The notes under the pieces: generated by a model
The model's database searches: none
What the model was told of the DNA's origin: nothing
What the model saw: the letters and a program-made list of their open reading frames with translations, nothing else
Program-made: the position numbers and the translations under genes
Assembly (NCBI GenBank): GCA_050250895.1
Contig: JBFWNU010000001.1
Span: 3,913,002 to 3,947,236 of the forward strand
Source: Vulcanimicrobiota bacterium
GTDB lineage: Bacteria; Vulcanimicrobiota; Xenobia; Xenobiales; JADMJV01
Reading direction: 5' to 3'
DNA: 34,235 bases
Shown: piece after piece, positions 18,007-25,821 of the stretch
How positions within the stretch are numbered: the first letter of the stretch is position 1
Layout: each line of letters opens with the position of its first letter

Positions 18007-19239
18007 ATGCTGTCCAGCTATCGGGTCGCCGAACACCTGGCTCGCCAGGGGTTCACCTTCTATCGCCACAACGACTTCGGCCGCGATGCCGAGTCGATGG
18101 ACAGGCCCATTTCGGCCGGCGAAGCAGTCTCGAATCTGCGCCAGAAGAGCTTCGACCGCCACGCTAGTTGGGAGGTGGCGGATATCAGGATTTCCGTCCC
18201 CGATGGCTGCGAGCCCATTCCTGTGATGAACGAGCCCCATCTGACGGCCCTGGACCAGCTCTATAGCCAGGAGCCTCTCAGCCCTCCGACGGCAGACCAA
18301 CAAAAGCTGCGCCGCTTGCGAGAGATGGGCTGCAAGTTCGACTCAGAGGGCGAAGTCGTGCCTCTGGGTCAGCTCTACTGGAGGATGGCCGGGGCCCATC
18401 GCCCCGGATGCTACCTGGATGGAGAGCGCCGCAGTAACCTCTATTGTGCCGACGAGCTCAAGACGAGCCCCAGACCTGAATCAGCCGCTCTGGTGCGTCA
18501 ACCCGCCACTTTTAACAGCCTTCATCGCCTGGTCGAGTACCTCGACGCCCAGCCGGGCCCGCACGAGCTGCAGGCGGGACTCGAGCATGGCTTTGAGCGC
18601 CTGCGCTTGAGGAATACACCCGTGCTAAAGACGCTGGCCCTGGCGGCGGCCAACCCGTTGGGTAGCCTCGATGTGCTCAGAGCACTCGAGCCCGTCTGGG
18701 CCAAGAAGCCCGAGTTCCTGTGGTCGACGGCGGTGGGCGTGCTGCCCACCGAAGGGGCCATCCAGTCTGGTTTCGAGCTGCTGCTGCCGGCTCCGACCCC
18801 GGCCGGTCAGGCGCTGAGATCACTGGCTGCGGAGCTAGAAAATCCGGCCGCTCGCGCGGCCCTTCCCGAGCTGATTCGAGCCGCCTTCGAGCATCCTCAG
18901 GCCAGTCCCGACCGGTTGCTCGGCTATCTCTATCTAAGGGCCCGAGAGGCTTCCAGGCTCGACGCTCTCGACCCCCTGCTGACCGAGCTGCAGAAGGACC
19001 GCGGCTGGGAGCTACCTCAAGCCTATCAACAGGCCCTGGCCTTTCGTCAGACCCATCCCGAGGTCGAGCTGGACCCGCGCCACTTCCTGGCGCCGGGAGC
19101 AAGTTTCAATCCTCTTCAGGTTCTCTCCGGCGCCATCCTGGACCAGCCTCCCGTCTTGCCGGAACTCAAATTGGATATCGAGGAAGACACAGTCACCATC
19201 GGCGACCAGGTGCTCTTTCTCGAGCCACTTCAGGAGTAG
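18007..19239 (+). CDS. Hypothetical protein with conserved C-terminal motif, ~410 aa
   Basis: ORF track starts at 17959; ATG 18007 preferred from promoter geometry. Ends LDIEEDTVTIGDQVLFLEPLQE. Confidence 0.75.
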   Translation: MLSSYRVAEHLARQGFTFYRHNDFGRDAESMDRPISAGEAVSNLRQKSFDRHASWEVADIRISVPDGCEPIPVMNEPHLTALDQLYSQEPLSPPTADQQKLRRLREMGCKFDSEGEVVPLGQLYWRMAGAHRPGCYLDGERRSNLYCADELKTSPRPESAALVRQPATFNSLHRLVEYLDAQPGPHELQAGLEHGFERLRLRNTPVLKTLALAAANPLGSLDVLRALEPVWAKKPEFLWSTAVGVLPTEGAIQSGFELLLPAPTPAGQALRSLAAELENPAARAALPELIRAAFEHPQASPDRLLGYLYLRAREASRLDALDPLLTELQKDRGWELPQAYQQALAFRQTHPEVELDPRHFLAPGASFNPLQVLSGAILDQPPVLPELKLDIEEDTVTIGDQVLFLEPLQE

Positions 19240-19240
19240 C

Positions 19241-19921
19241 ATGCTGATCAACAATCAAGACCCACTGACTCGCCCCCAGCAAAGGCTCAAGCCCGGTCAA
19301 GCCGTGCGTGAGATGTTCGTGGTCACGAGCGATCCCAACGGCCAGGCGTTTGCCCGCCTGACCGACGGCCTGAAGAACGGCACGGTTCCCGGTGGCGACC
19401 TGATGAACGCCATTGATTCGTTCGAGCGTGTCTGGGGCGCCGAGCCGGCCGGCCCGGAGAGGGAACTCGCCTTGCAAAGGTTGGCCCAGGACCGCGCCAG
19501 TCTGACCCGCTCGGGAGCCTCGAGTCTGCCCGACTATGCGGCCTGGCTCGAGAGCCAGGAGGCAGCTCGCCGCGAACGATTGGAATGGACCCAGGTCGGG
19601 GCGGCCGGAACCGCGGCGATAGGCGCCTTTGCCTTCGTGGGGCAGATGCTCCTGGGCTATCGGCTGGGCGCGCTGGGCACCGGCCTTTGCGCCGCCAGCT
19701 TCTTCACCGGGGCCATCGGCCTGAACGTGCTCGACAGTCTCAAGAAACGGGGACCGAGCCTGGACCAGGCCGCTCGCTTTCACCTCTATGCCCAGGCCGC
19801 TGGCCAGCGCCAGCAGGTGCAGGACCTGGCCGCTTCGCTCAACGTCTCGAGCCAGCAACTCGAGATCGAAGACGAGGGCATCCGCATCGGCCAGGTCTGG
19901 GTCCCCACCAACCGGGACTGA
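19241..19921 (+). CDS. Hypothetical protein: Gly-rich TM hairpin and conserved C-terminal motif
   Basis: AGGAG RBS, coupled to the upstream gene; starts MLINN; ends LEIEDEGIRIGQVWVPTNRD. Confidence 0.8.
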   Translation: MLINNQDPLTRPQQRLKPGQAVREMFVVTSDPNGQAFARLTDGLKNGTVPGGDLMNAIDSFERVWGAEPAGPERELALQRLAQDRASLTRSGASSLPDYAAWLESQEAARRERLEWTQVGAAGTAAIGAFAFVGQMLLGYRLGALGTGLCAASFFTGAIGLNVLDSLKKRGPSLDQAARFHLYAQAAGQRQQVQDLAASLNVSSQQLEIEDEGIRIGQVWVPTNRD

Positions 19922-19929
19922 GGCCGCCC

Positions 19930-19954
19930 GCGAGCACTTCCAGCTGGAAGTCGC
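19930..19954. repeat. Third copy of the palindrome ACTTCCAGCTGGAAGT (19936-19951)
   Basis: Preceded by gcgagY, as in the copies at 23-44 and 312-333. Confidence 0.8.
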
Positions 19955-19968
19955 AAGCAGCGCGGTTT

Positions 19969-20103
19969 GAGGTCCTGGTGCTCACGGTTTGGTGCCGCCA
20001 CCATGTGCAGAACGCCCTCCCACATCTCGTCATAGCGATCAGCGCCGGTGCGTCTGTGCAAAGCTAGAATTTCTGGCGGCACGGGAGCCATCACGGCTTT
20101 CAT
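19969..20103 (-). pseudogene. 5' fragment of a Uma2 (DUF820) family endonuclease
   Basis: AGGAG RBS, then MKAVMAPVPPEILA..RTGADRYDEMWEGVLHMVAAPNREHQDL. Similarity stops after ~45 aa, just before the palindrome; no PD-(D/E)xK core follows. Confidence 0.75.
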
Positions 20104-20188
20104 CGGCGAACTCCTGCCGTGTTCTTCTTCGCGTCAGAGCGCGTATCAGCCTGCACTGGTCGGGGACATTGCTAGCCAGCTATTTTCG

Positions 20189-20197
20189 TGTTACCCT
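20189..20197 (+). promoter_or_regulatory. Extended -10 TGtTACCCT 6 nt before GTG (probable leaderless pilin operon, no TTTCAG box)
   Basis: TACCCT 20192-20197, GTG 20204. Confidence 0.5.
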
Positions 20198-20203
20198 TGG
20201 AAG

Positions 20204-21976
20204 GTGGAGACGAGGCGACGGGACGGGGGCATCGCGCTAATCACGCTGCTGCTGATGCTGGCAGTGTTGACGACCATGGTCGGGGCCCTCTTTCTGGCCG
20301 TCCGGGGCGAGTTGTTTCTCAGCCAGCACCATCGGGACGAAGTGGCCGCACTGTATCTGGCTCAGGCCGGTGTCATCGATGCCGTCACCGAGCTCGAGAA
20401 TGATGATGCCTGGGTGACCGGCTTCACCAAGAAGAGCCTGGCTGGTGTGCCAGGGACCTACACCTTGACTTTCAACACCACGGGTGCTCCTTTCACCGAG
20501 TTCGAATCGGTGAACAACTCTGACGGCACCAAACCCGAAAATTATCAGGGGGCCAACAAAGTCCCGGCCGGGTGCGCCAGCCTGGTGGTGACCGCCGAGG
20601 TCGGTATGGCTCGGCGCACCGTCGAGGCCATCGTGCGCATCAACAATGGCGAATACCTGGCGCGCTACCCGATTCATAGCGGCGGTCGGGTGGTGATGCG
20701 GGGCGACGTGCTGGTCAACGGAATCAAAAGTCAATCCGACCCCACCGCGGTCCCCGGCGACATCCGCTCGACTCTCAGCGCCAGCGTCAACGATATCATT
20801 TATTGGGACAACGGGGGGGGCACCGGCACCGCCGATATCACCGGCACCGTCGGCACCACCAGCAACGCGGCGGGGGCCGTCAATCTTAGCGGCTACACTC
20901 CCGGCGGGGGCATCGAGATCGGCACCCCCCAGCCTCCGGTGCGCGACGTAAACATCCTGGCCAAGATTGCAGCCAAGACCGGGGCGGCCACTCCGAGCAT
21001 CAACACCAGCGGCACCACGGTGCTCTCGGGTGGCGGTGACTTTTATCACTCCGGGGATTTGACCGTCAACGGCGACCTCAAGTTGCAGGGGGTGCAACTT
21101 TACGTCGACGGCGCCCTGACCGTGAACGGCTCGATTACCGGCGATGGCGCCGTTTATGTCGGAGGCGACACCAAGTTCATGGGGGACGCGCGCGTGACCG
21201 CCTCCTCCCCCGACAAGATTGCGCTCTTTAGTCAGGGCAACGTCGAGTTAGAGGGGTTCGACGGAACCGCCTACATGAACTCGATCACCGGAGACTCGAC
21301 CCTGACGGCAGCCTGGAACCAGCTGGGCAACTCGATTCAGGACTTTCAGACCCAGCTGGGTAGCTCACCGACGCTCGGAGTGGGCAGCACGCTGGACATG
21401 ATCCGCAGCGAGATCTCCAATGCCGGCACCAGCCACGGCACCACCAACGGCCGTATGCCCAACGCGGCGGGCACGCTGGTGGCACGCCTCAACGCTCAGC
21501 CGCAAAGCTCGGCCCGCGACGCCATGATCACCAAGTTTCAGGAGCTAGAAGATCTCTTTTACGCCCACTCTAACGGCTCTTCTTCCGAGATTGCGGCCCT
21601 CAACGCCCTGGCCAACAACAACTTGATCACCGGCTCCTTTGACGCGGCCATCGACAACAACCGTTACGATCTGGTCAATCTGATGCTGGCCTACGCCCAG
21701 GCCATCGACTATACGAGCCTCGGCACATCCTATTTCCAGGGCCTGGTGTTTACTCACGGTTCGCTCTACGCTCACCATGAGGTAACCATCCTGGGCGCGG
21801 TGGTGGCTAAAGACGATGGAACCCAGTCCAGTGTGACCGTCGGCAGCGATACCGTCGACCCGGGCGACCTCTTCCTCACCAACGGCACCCGCGTGACCTA
21901 TGTAGAAGACTTCTTCATCGACGATAGCGGCGGTGGCGGGGCTGGTGGAGGGATTCTGTTGTGGATGGGGCGCTGA
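20204..21976 (+). CDS. Large PilX-like minor pilin, ~590 aa
   Basis: RRRDGG|IALITLLLML leader without Glu+5, and ALYLAQAGVIDA, both typical of the PilX N-terminus; beta-rich G/T/V repeats (GDLTVNGDL, GALTVNGSI). Start reassigned to GTG 20204. Confidence 0.8.
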   Translation: METRRRDGGIALITLLLMLAVLTTMVGALFLAVRGELFLSQHHRDEVAALYLAQAGVIDAVTELENDDAWVTGFTKKSLAGVPGTYTLTFNTTGAPFTEFESVNNSDGTKPENYQGANKVPAGCASLVVTAEVGMARRTVEAIVRINNGEYLARYPIHSGGRVVMRGDVLVNGIKSQSDPTAVPGDIRSTLSASVNDIIYWDNGGGTGTADITGTVGTTSNAAGAVNLSGYTPGGGIEIGTPQPPVRDVNILAKIAAKTGAATPSINTSGTTVLSGGGDFYHSGDLTVNGDLKLQGVQLYVDGALTVNGSITGDGAVYVGGDTKFMGDARVTASSPDKIALFSQGNVELEGFDGTAYMNSITGDSTLTAAWNQLGNSIQDFQTQLGSSPTLGVGSTLDMIRSEISNAGTSHGTTNGRMPNAAGTLVARLNAQPQSSARDAMITKFQELEDLFYAHSNGSSSEIAALNALANNNLITGSFDAAIDNNRYDLVNLMLAYAQAIDYTSLGTSYFQGLVFTHGSLYAHHEVTILGAVVAKDDGTQSSVTVGSDTVDPGDLFLTNGTRVTYVEDFFIDDSGGGGAGGGILLWMGR

Positions 21977-22377
21977 ACCGCCGCGGTTTTACCCTTTTCG
22001 AGATCATGATCGCGGTGGGGCTATTGGCCGTGGTGGTCGTGGTCCTGGTGGGTGTCTTCCTGTCGGGGGTGAAGTTGGCACGGGAATCCACCGCCGTTAC
22101 CGCGGCCACCGAGTTGGGGCGCCAATTTCTCGAGACGGTGGAACAGGGCGGCTACGACCAGATGGCCGTGGGCACGTTTGATGGCTCGGTGCCCAACCTC
22201 CCGGACGCGGCCACCGGCTTTCCCCCGGCCCCTTATCCGGGTGCTTCCCAGGACCGCGAGCAGTTCGTGCTCAAGGTGACGTGCGCCGACCACACCACCA
22301 ATACTCGCTCGGTCGAGGTCGAGGTGAGCTGGCGCAACGACCGTCGCGTGCGCTTCAAGACGCTGGTTCATCAATGA
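21961..22377 (+). CDS. Type IV prepilin-like protein (PilV-like)
   Basis: RRG|FTLFEIMIA N-methylation motif; C-terminal VEVEVSW. Confidence 0.88.
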   Translation: MDGALNRRGFTLFEIMIAVGLLAVVVVVLVGVFLSGVKLARESTAVTAATELGRQFLETVEQGGYDQMAVGTFDGSVPNLPDAATGFPPAPYPGASQDREQFVLKVTCADHTTNTRSVEVEVSWRNDRRVRFKTLVHQ

Positions 22378-22976
22378 AGAGGCGGAACTCAGGTCTGACT
22401 CTGGCCGAGACGCTGGTGGGCGCGTTTGTCTTTGGTCTCTTGCTGGCGGCGCTGTTTGGAGTCTTTCGCCTGGGAGCCACTGCCTGGCAGCAAGGCACTA
22501 CCAGAACCGACCTCTTGCAGTCTTGCCAGGTTGTGACGGGTCGTTTTGGCCGAGACGCCGAGCGCAGCACGGTGGCCAGCGTGAGTCTGGGACCTGGCGG
22601 CAACGGCGTGGCCTTTTTGTCGCCTATCGATGCCAATGGCGTCTTTCAATACGACGAGACGACCGTCGAGCCGCGCTGGCAGCACTATGTGGTCTACTAC
22701 TACGATGCGGCTACCAAGGGCATCTATCGGCGCGAGGTGTCGGTGGTGGGCAGCGCCCAGGAGACGACGGCAGCTCCCATCGAGACGTTCAGTGGCGGGC
22801 CGATCAACAGCTTCTTCAACGGCGGCCACAAGCTGGCTTCAGATATCACCGCCTGCACCTTCGTGCTGACTCCCGATAATCGGCTCGGCCTGACATGCAC
22901 TGCCACCAAAGACCGCTACGGAGCATCCACTCCCGAACAAGTCACCATCACTACCATGGCCCACTTGCGCAACTGA
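22374..22976 (+). CDS. Type IV prepilin-like protein (PilW/PulJ-like)
   Basis: ATGA overlap; MKRRNSG|LTLAETLV; VVYYYD; ends HLRN. Confidence 0.85.
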   Translation: MKRRNSGLTLAETLVGAFVFGLLLAALFGVFRLGATAWQQGTTRTDLLQSCQVVTGRFGRDAERSTVASVSLGPGGNGVAFLSPIDANGVFQYDETTVEPRWQHYVVYYYDAATKGIYRREVSVVGSAQETTAAPIETFSGGPINSFFNGGHKLASDITACTFVLTPDNRLGLTCTATKDRYGASTPEQVTITTMAHLRN

Positions 22977-22978
22977 TC

Positions 22979-23011
22979 TTTCAGGCATTTTTCGGCCGTT
23001 GACGCTATTCT
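22979..23011 (+). promoter_or_regulatory. Shared promoter motif TTTCAG-N5-TTTCGG-N10-TATTCT-N6-ATG
   Basis: TTTCAG 22979, TTTCGG 22990, TATTCT 23006, ATG 23018. Confidence 0.75.
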
Positions 23012-23017
23012 GACAGC

Positions 23018-24190
23018 ATGTTGATCGGGTCCATGCACGCATCTCGCGCCCTGGCTGTTGGGCGCACCTTTACCCGGCCTGCGAACGCTTCTGCCACGCC
23101 AGCCACGGTTACCCTCGACCAGACTGAACTTTCTGGTTCCCGCGCCCCCGACTTGCCTGGCCTGGCGGGCACGGCCGCTCATACCGCCGGCGCTGCCATT
23201 GGCGGAGCGAGCGGACTGCCGGTGGTCATCGGTCACCGGGGTGCCAGCGGCTATTTGCCCGAGCACACGCTGGCTTCGTATATTCGCGCGGCTCTTCAGG
23301 GAGCCGACTACATCGAGCCGGATCTGGTGCCCACCAAAGACGGCCACCTGGTGGCCCGCCACGAGAACAACATCGCCGAGACCACCGACGTGGCCGACCA
23401 TCCCGAGTTTGCCGACCGTCACACCACCAAAGAGATCGACGGCCAGAATATCACGGGCTGGTTTACCGAGGACTTCACCCTGGCCGAGCTTCGCACCCTG
23501 AAGGCTCGCGGACGCACCCGGGCCGCCCAGGCTCACGACGGAAAGTTTCTCATTCCCACCCTCGAAGAAGTCATGGGAGTGGCCCAGGCCATGAGCCGGG
23601 CCACGGGGCGCTCGATCGGGATCTATCCCGAGACCAAGCATCCTAGCTATTTTGCCAGCATCGGGCTGCCCATCGAAGAGAAGTTGGTCGACCAGCTCAG
23701 GGGCAGCAACTTGCCTGTGATCATTCAGTCGTTCGAGCCCGGCAGTCTGCAGAAGTTGAGCGGCATGATCGACGCGCCCCTGGCTCAACTGGTAGACGAC
23801 AGCGGATCCCCGGCCGACTTCGCGGCCAAAGGTGACCCGCGCACCTACGCCGATCTGCTGACGCCCGAGGGCTTGGCCGAAGTGGCCAGCTATGCCGATA
23901 TCGTGGCCCCTTCCAAGAACTTGATTTTGCCCCGCGATGGCGACGAAGTGATGAGTCAGAGGGCCACCGGGCTGATCGACGAGGCCCATCGCCACGGGCT
24001 GGCGGTGCATGCCTACACCTTTGGCCGAGACAACGGTCACCTTCCGGCTCAGCTGCGCACCGATGCCGACCCCGAGAATCTGGGAGATATGGCCACCGAG
24101 GTGAAAGCGTTTCTGGCTGCCGGCCTGGACGGATTGTTCACCAACCACCCCGACGTGGCGGTGGCCGCTCGCGATGAATTCGTGGGCTAG
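23018..24190 (+). CDS. glpQ: Glycerophosphodiester phosphodiesterase (GlpQ-like) with low-complexity N-terminal extension
   Basis: IGHRGASGYLPEHT, IEPDLVPTKDG, ARHE, IYPETKHP, IQSFE, VHAYT and DGLFTNHPD. Confidence 0.9.
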   Translation: MLIGSMHASRALAVGRTFTRPANASATPATVTLDQTELSGSRAPDLPGLAGTAAHTAGAAIGGASGLPVVIGHRGASGYLPEHTLASYIRAALQGADYIEPDLVPTKDGHLVARHENNIAETTDVADHPEFADRHTTKEIDGQNITGWFTEDFTLAELRTLKARGRTRAAQAHDGKFLIPTLEEVMGVAQAMSRATGRSIGIYPETKHPSYFASIGLPIEEKLVDQLRGSNLPVIIQSFEPGSLQKLSGMIDAPLAQLVDDSGSPADFAAKGDPRTYADLLTPEGLAEVASYADIVAPSKNLILPRDGDEVMSQRATGLIDEAHRHGLAVHAYTFGRDNGHLPAQLRTDADPENLGDMATEVKAFLAAGLDGLFTNHPDVAVAARDEFVG

Positions 24191-24795
24191 CTCGCCTCGA
24201 GAGGAACCCAGACGCCGCCGATATTGACGGCCTCGTCCTTGAACTCGAATTCGGTGTTCTTGCGCTCGACGTTGGTGAGCTTCTTGATGGCGTCGAGCGC
24301 TTCTTGGTGCTCGCGCACTCGCTCTTTGCCGATGTAGTCGACCAGCACCGGAATGGCCATCTGCAGGCGCTTTTCTTCTTCGATCTTGGCCTCGAGTCGG
24401 TTGGAATAATTGATGGCGGCGCGACCACCCCACTGAGAGAGGCCGAAAGCGGCCAGACCGATCACGCTTTTGATGCCCGGATGGACGACCCCGTCCACGG
24501 CCACGAACAGTCCGGCCAGGCTGGCTACCACGCCGAGCCCACCGACCGCCAGCGAGACGGCCCGGGTCTTGCCCAGAGTTTCGGTGCGCTTTTCCGACGA
24601 GGTCAGCATCTGGTCGAGGTTGTCGCCCTCGAGTTCAGGAGCCTTGCGCATAAACACGACTGCGGCCGACTCGGCGGGGTCAAGACCAGCGCCAACGTGG
24701 ATGCTGTTTCCGGTGCGTTGCATGCGACTGGCCAGGGCCAGCGTCTCGTCGCGCTTGACGTACTTGGCAAAGGGCGGATGTCCATAGATAACCAT
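24187..24795 (-). CDS. Hypothetical protein: TM hairpin, coiled coil, conserved C-terminal motif
   Basis: Starts MVIYG; AVSLAVGGLGVVASLAGLFV...IGLAAFGL; ends FEFKDEAVNIGGVWVPLEAS. Confidence 0.8.
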   Translation of the reverse strand: MVIYGHPPFAKYVKRDETLALASRMQRTGNSIHVGAGLDPAESAAVVFMRKAPELEGDNLDQMLTSSEKRTETLGKTRAVSLAVGGLGVVASLAGLFVAVDGVVHPGIKSVIGLAAFGLSQWGGRAAINYSNRLEAKIEEEKRLQMAIPVLVDYIGKERVREHQEALDAIKKLTNVERKNTEFEFKDEAVNIGGVWVPLEAS

Positions 24796-24801
24796 GGTGC
24801 C

Positions 24802-24834
24802 AGCCTAGCCTTCGGCCGTGAAAAGACTATGAAA
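24802..24834 (-). promoter_or_regulatory. Shared promoter motif TTTCAT-N5-TTTCAC-N10-TAGGCT-N6-ATG
   Basis: Minus strand: TTTCAT 24834-24829, TTTCAC 24823-24818, TAGGCT 24807-24802, ATG 24795. Confidence 0.75.
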
Positions 24835-24870
24835 GGCAGGGTTCTGGGGCCGCTTCGGAAAGGGGAGGCT

Positions 24871-25821
24871 ATGCGCAAGTTCCTTCTGCTTCTGCTGTTG
24901 AGCCAGATGGCCCTGGCCGAACCGATGCTCGGCACCTACTCCATCGTGGCCCGTGACCCTCAGACCGGCCGTCTGGGCGTGGCCGTCGAGAGCCATTGGT
25001 TCAATGTTCGGGCGAACGTGCCCTGGGCTCGTCCGGGAGTGGGAGCAGCGGCTACGCAAGCCGCTACCAACTCGGCTTTCGGTTACCGTGGCCTGGCCCT
25101 GATGGCTCAAGGTGAGACGCCTCGGGCGGCCCTGACCAGGCTGCTGACCGAAGACTCGGGTGCGGCCCGCCGCCAGGTTGGCTATGTCGACGCCCAGGGG
25201 CGTACGGCTTCCTGGACCGGGGAACTGTGCATTCCGGCGGCGGTCTCGATCGAAGGCGAGCAGTTCGTGGTGCAGTCCAATCTGATGGACAAGGACACCG
25301 TGTCGCAAGCCATGGCGGAGGCCTTTCGTCAGTCTAGAGGGCCGCTGGAGTTTCGTCTACTGGCGGCCCTGAAAGCGGCTCAAAAAGAGGGCGGAGACTT
25401 GCGCGGCATGCAGAGTGCGGCCATGGTGGTGGTGGCTGCCAAGGACACCGGAAATCCCGTGGCCGACACCATCGTCGACCTGAGCGTCGAGGACCATCCT
25501 CACCCTCTGGAAGAGCTCGAGCGTTTGCTCGGCATGCATCAGGAGTATGCTTCCTACAACGCCATGATCAAGGCTGTCGATGACCACGACCCGGCCGCCC
25601 TCGAGCCTTTGCTGGCCAAGTTGTCACCCGAGAACCAGGAGTTGCGGTTCTGGGTGGCTCTCGAGCTCTATCGCAATGGGGCCCGCCACCGTGCCCTGGC
25701 TCTCTTCAAGCCGGTGTTCGAGGCCAACGATGCCTGGCGTGAACTCTTGCCCCGGCTGGTGCCGGCCGAGTTGCTGACCATAGAGCAGGTCAAGGCCATT
25801 CAGAAAGCCCTGCCTCGCTAA
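24871..25821 (+). CDS. DUF1028 family (Ntn-hydrolase-like) secreted protein
   Basis: GGAGG RBS; signal peptide; TYSIVARDP.TG.LGVAV.S, GVGAAATQA, RQV and GGDLRG.QSAA. Start reassigned to 24871. Confidence 0.88.
   Translation: MRKFLLLLLLSQMALAEPMLGTYSIVARDPQTGRLGVAVESHWFNVRANVPWARPGVGAAATQAATNSAFGYRGLALMAQGETPRAALTRLLTEDSGAARRQVGYVDAQGRTASWTGELCIPAAVSIEGEQFVVQSNLMDKDTVSQAMAEAFRQSRGPLEFRLLAALKAAQKEGGDLRGMQSAAMVVVAAKDTGNPVADTIVDLSVEDHPHPLEELERLLGMHQEYASYNAMIKAVDDHDPAALEPLLAKLSPENQELRFWVALELYRNGARHRALALFKPVFEANDAWRELLPRLVPAELLTIEQVKAIQKALPR

Noticed and set aside
24304-24870. N-terminal extension of the DUF1028 ORF, and similar extensions at 2223-2534, 12615-12725, 20048-20203, 22281-22373 and 30833-30964
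   Set aside because: Most overlap neighbouring genes, and better starts exist with an RBS, signal peptide, prepilin leader or stop/start coupling.
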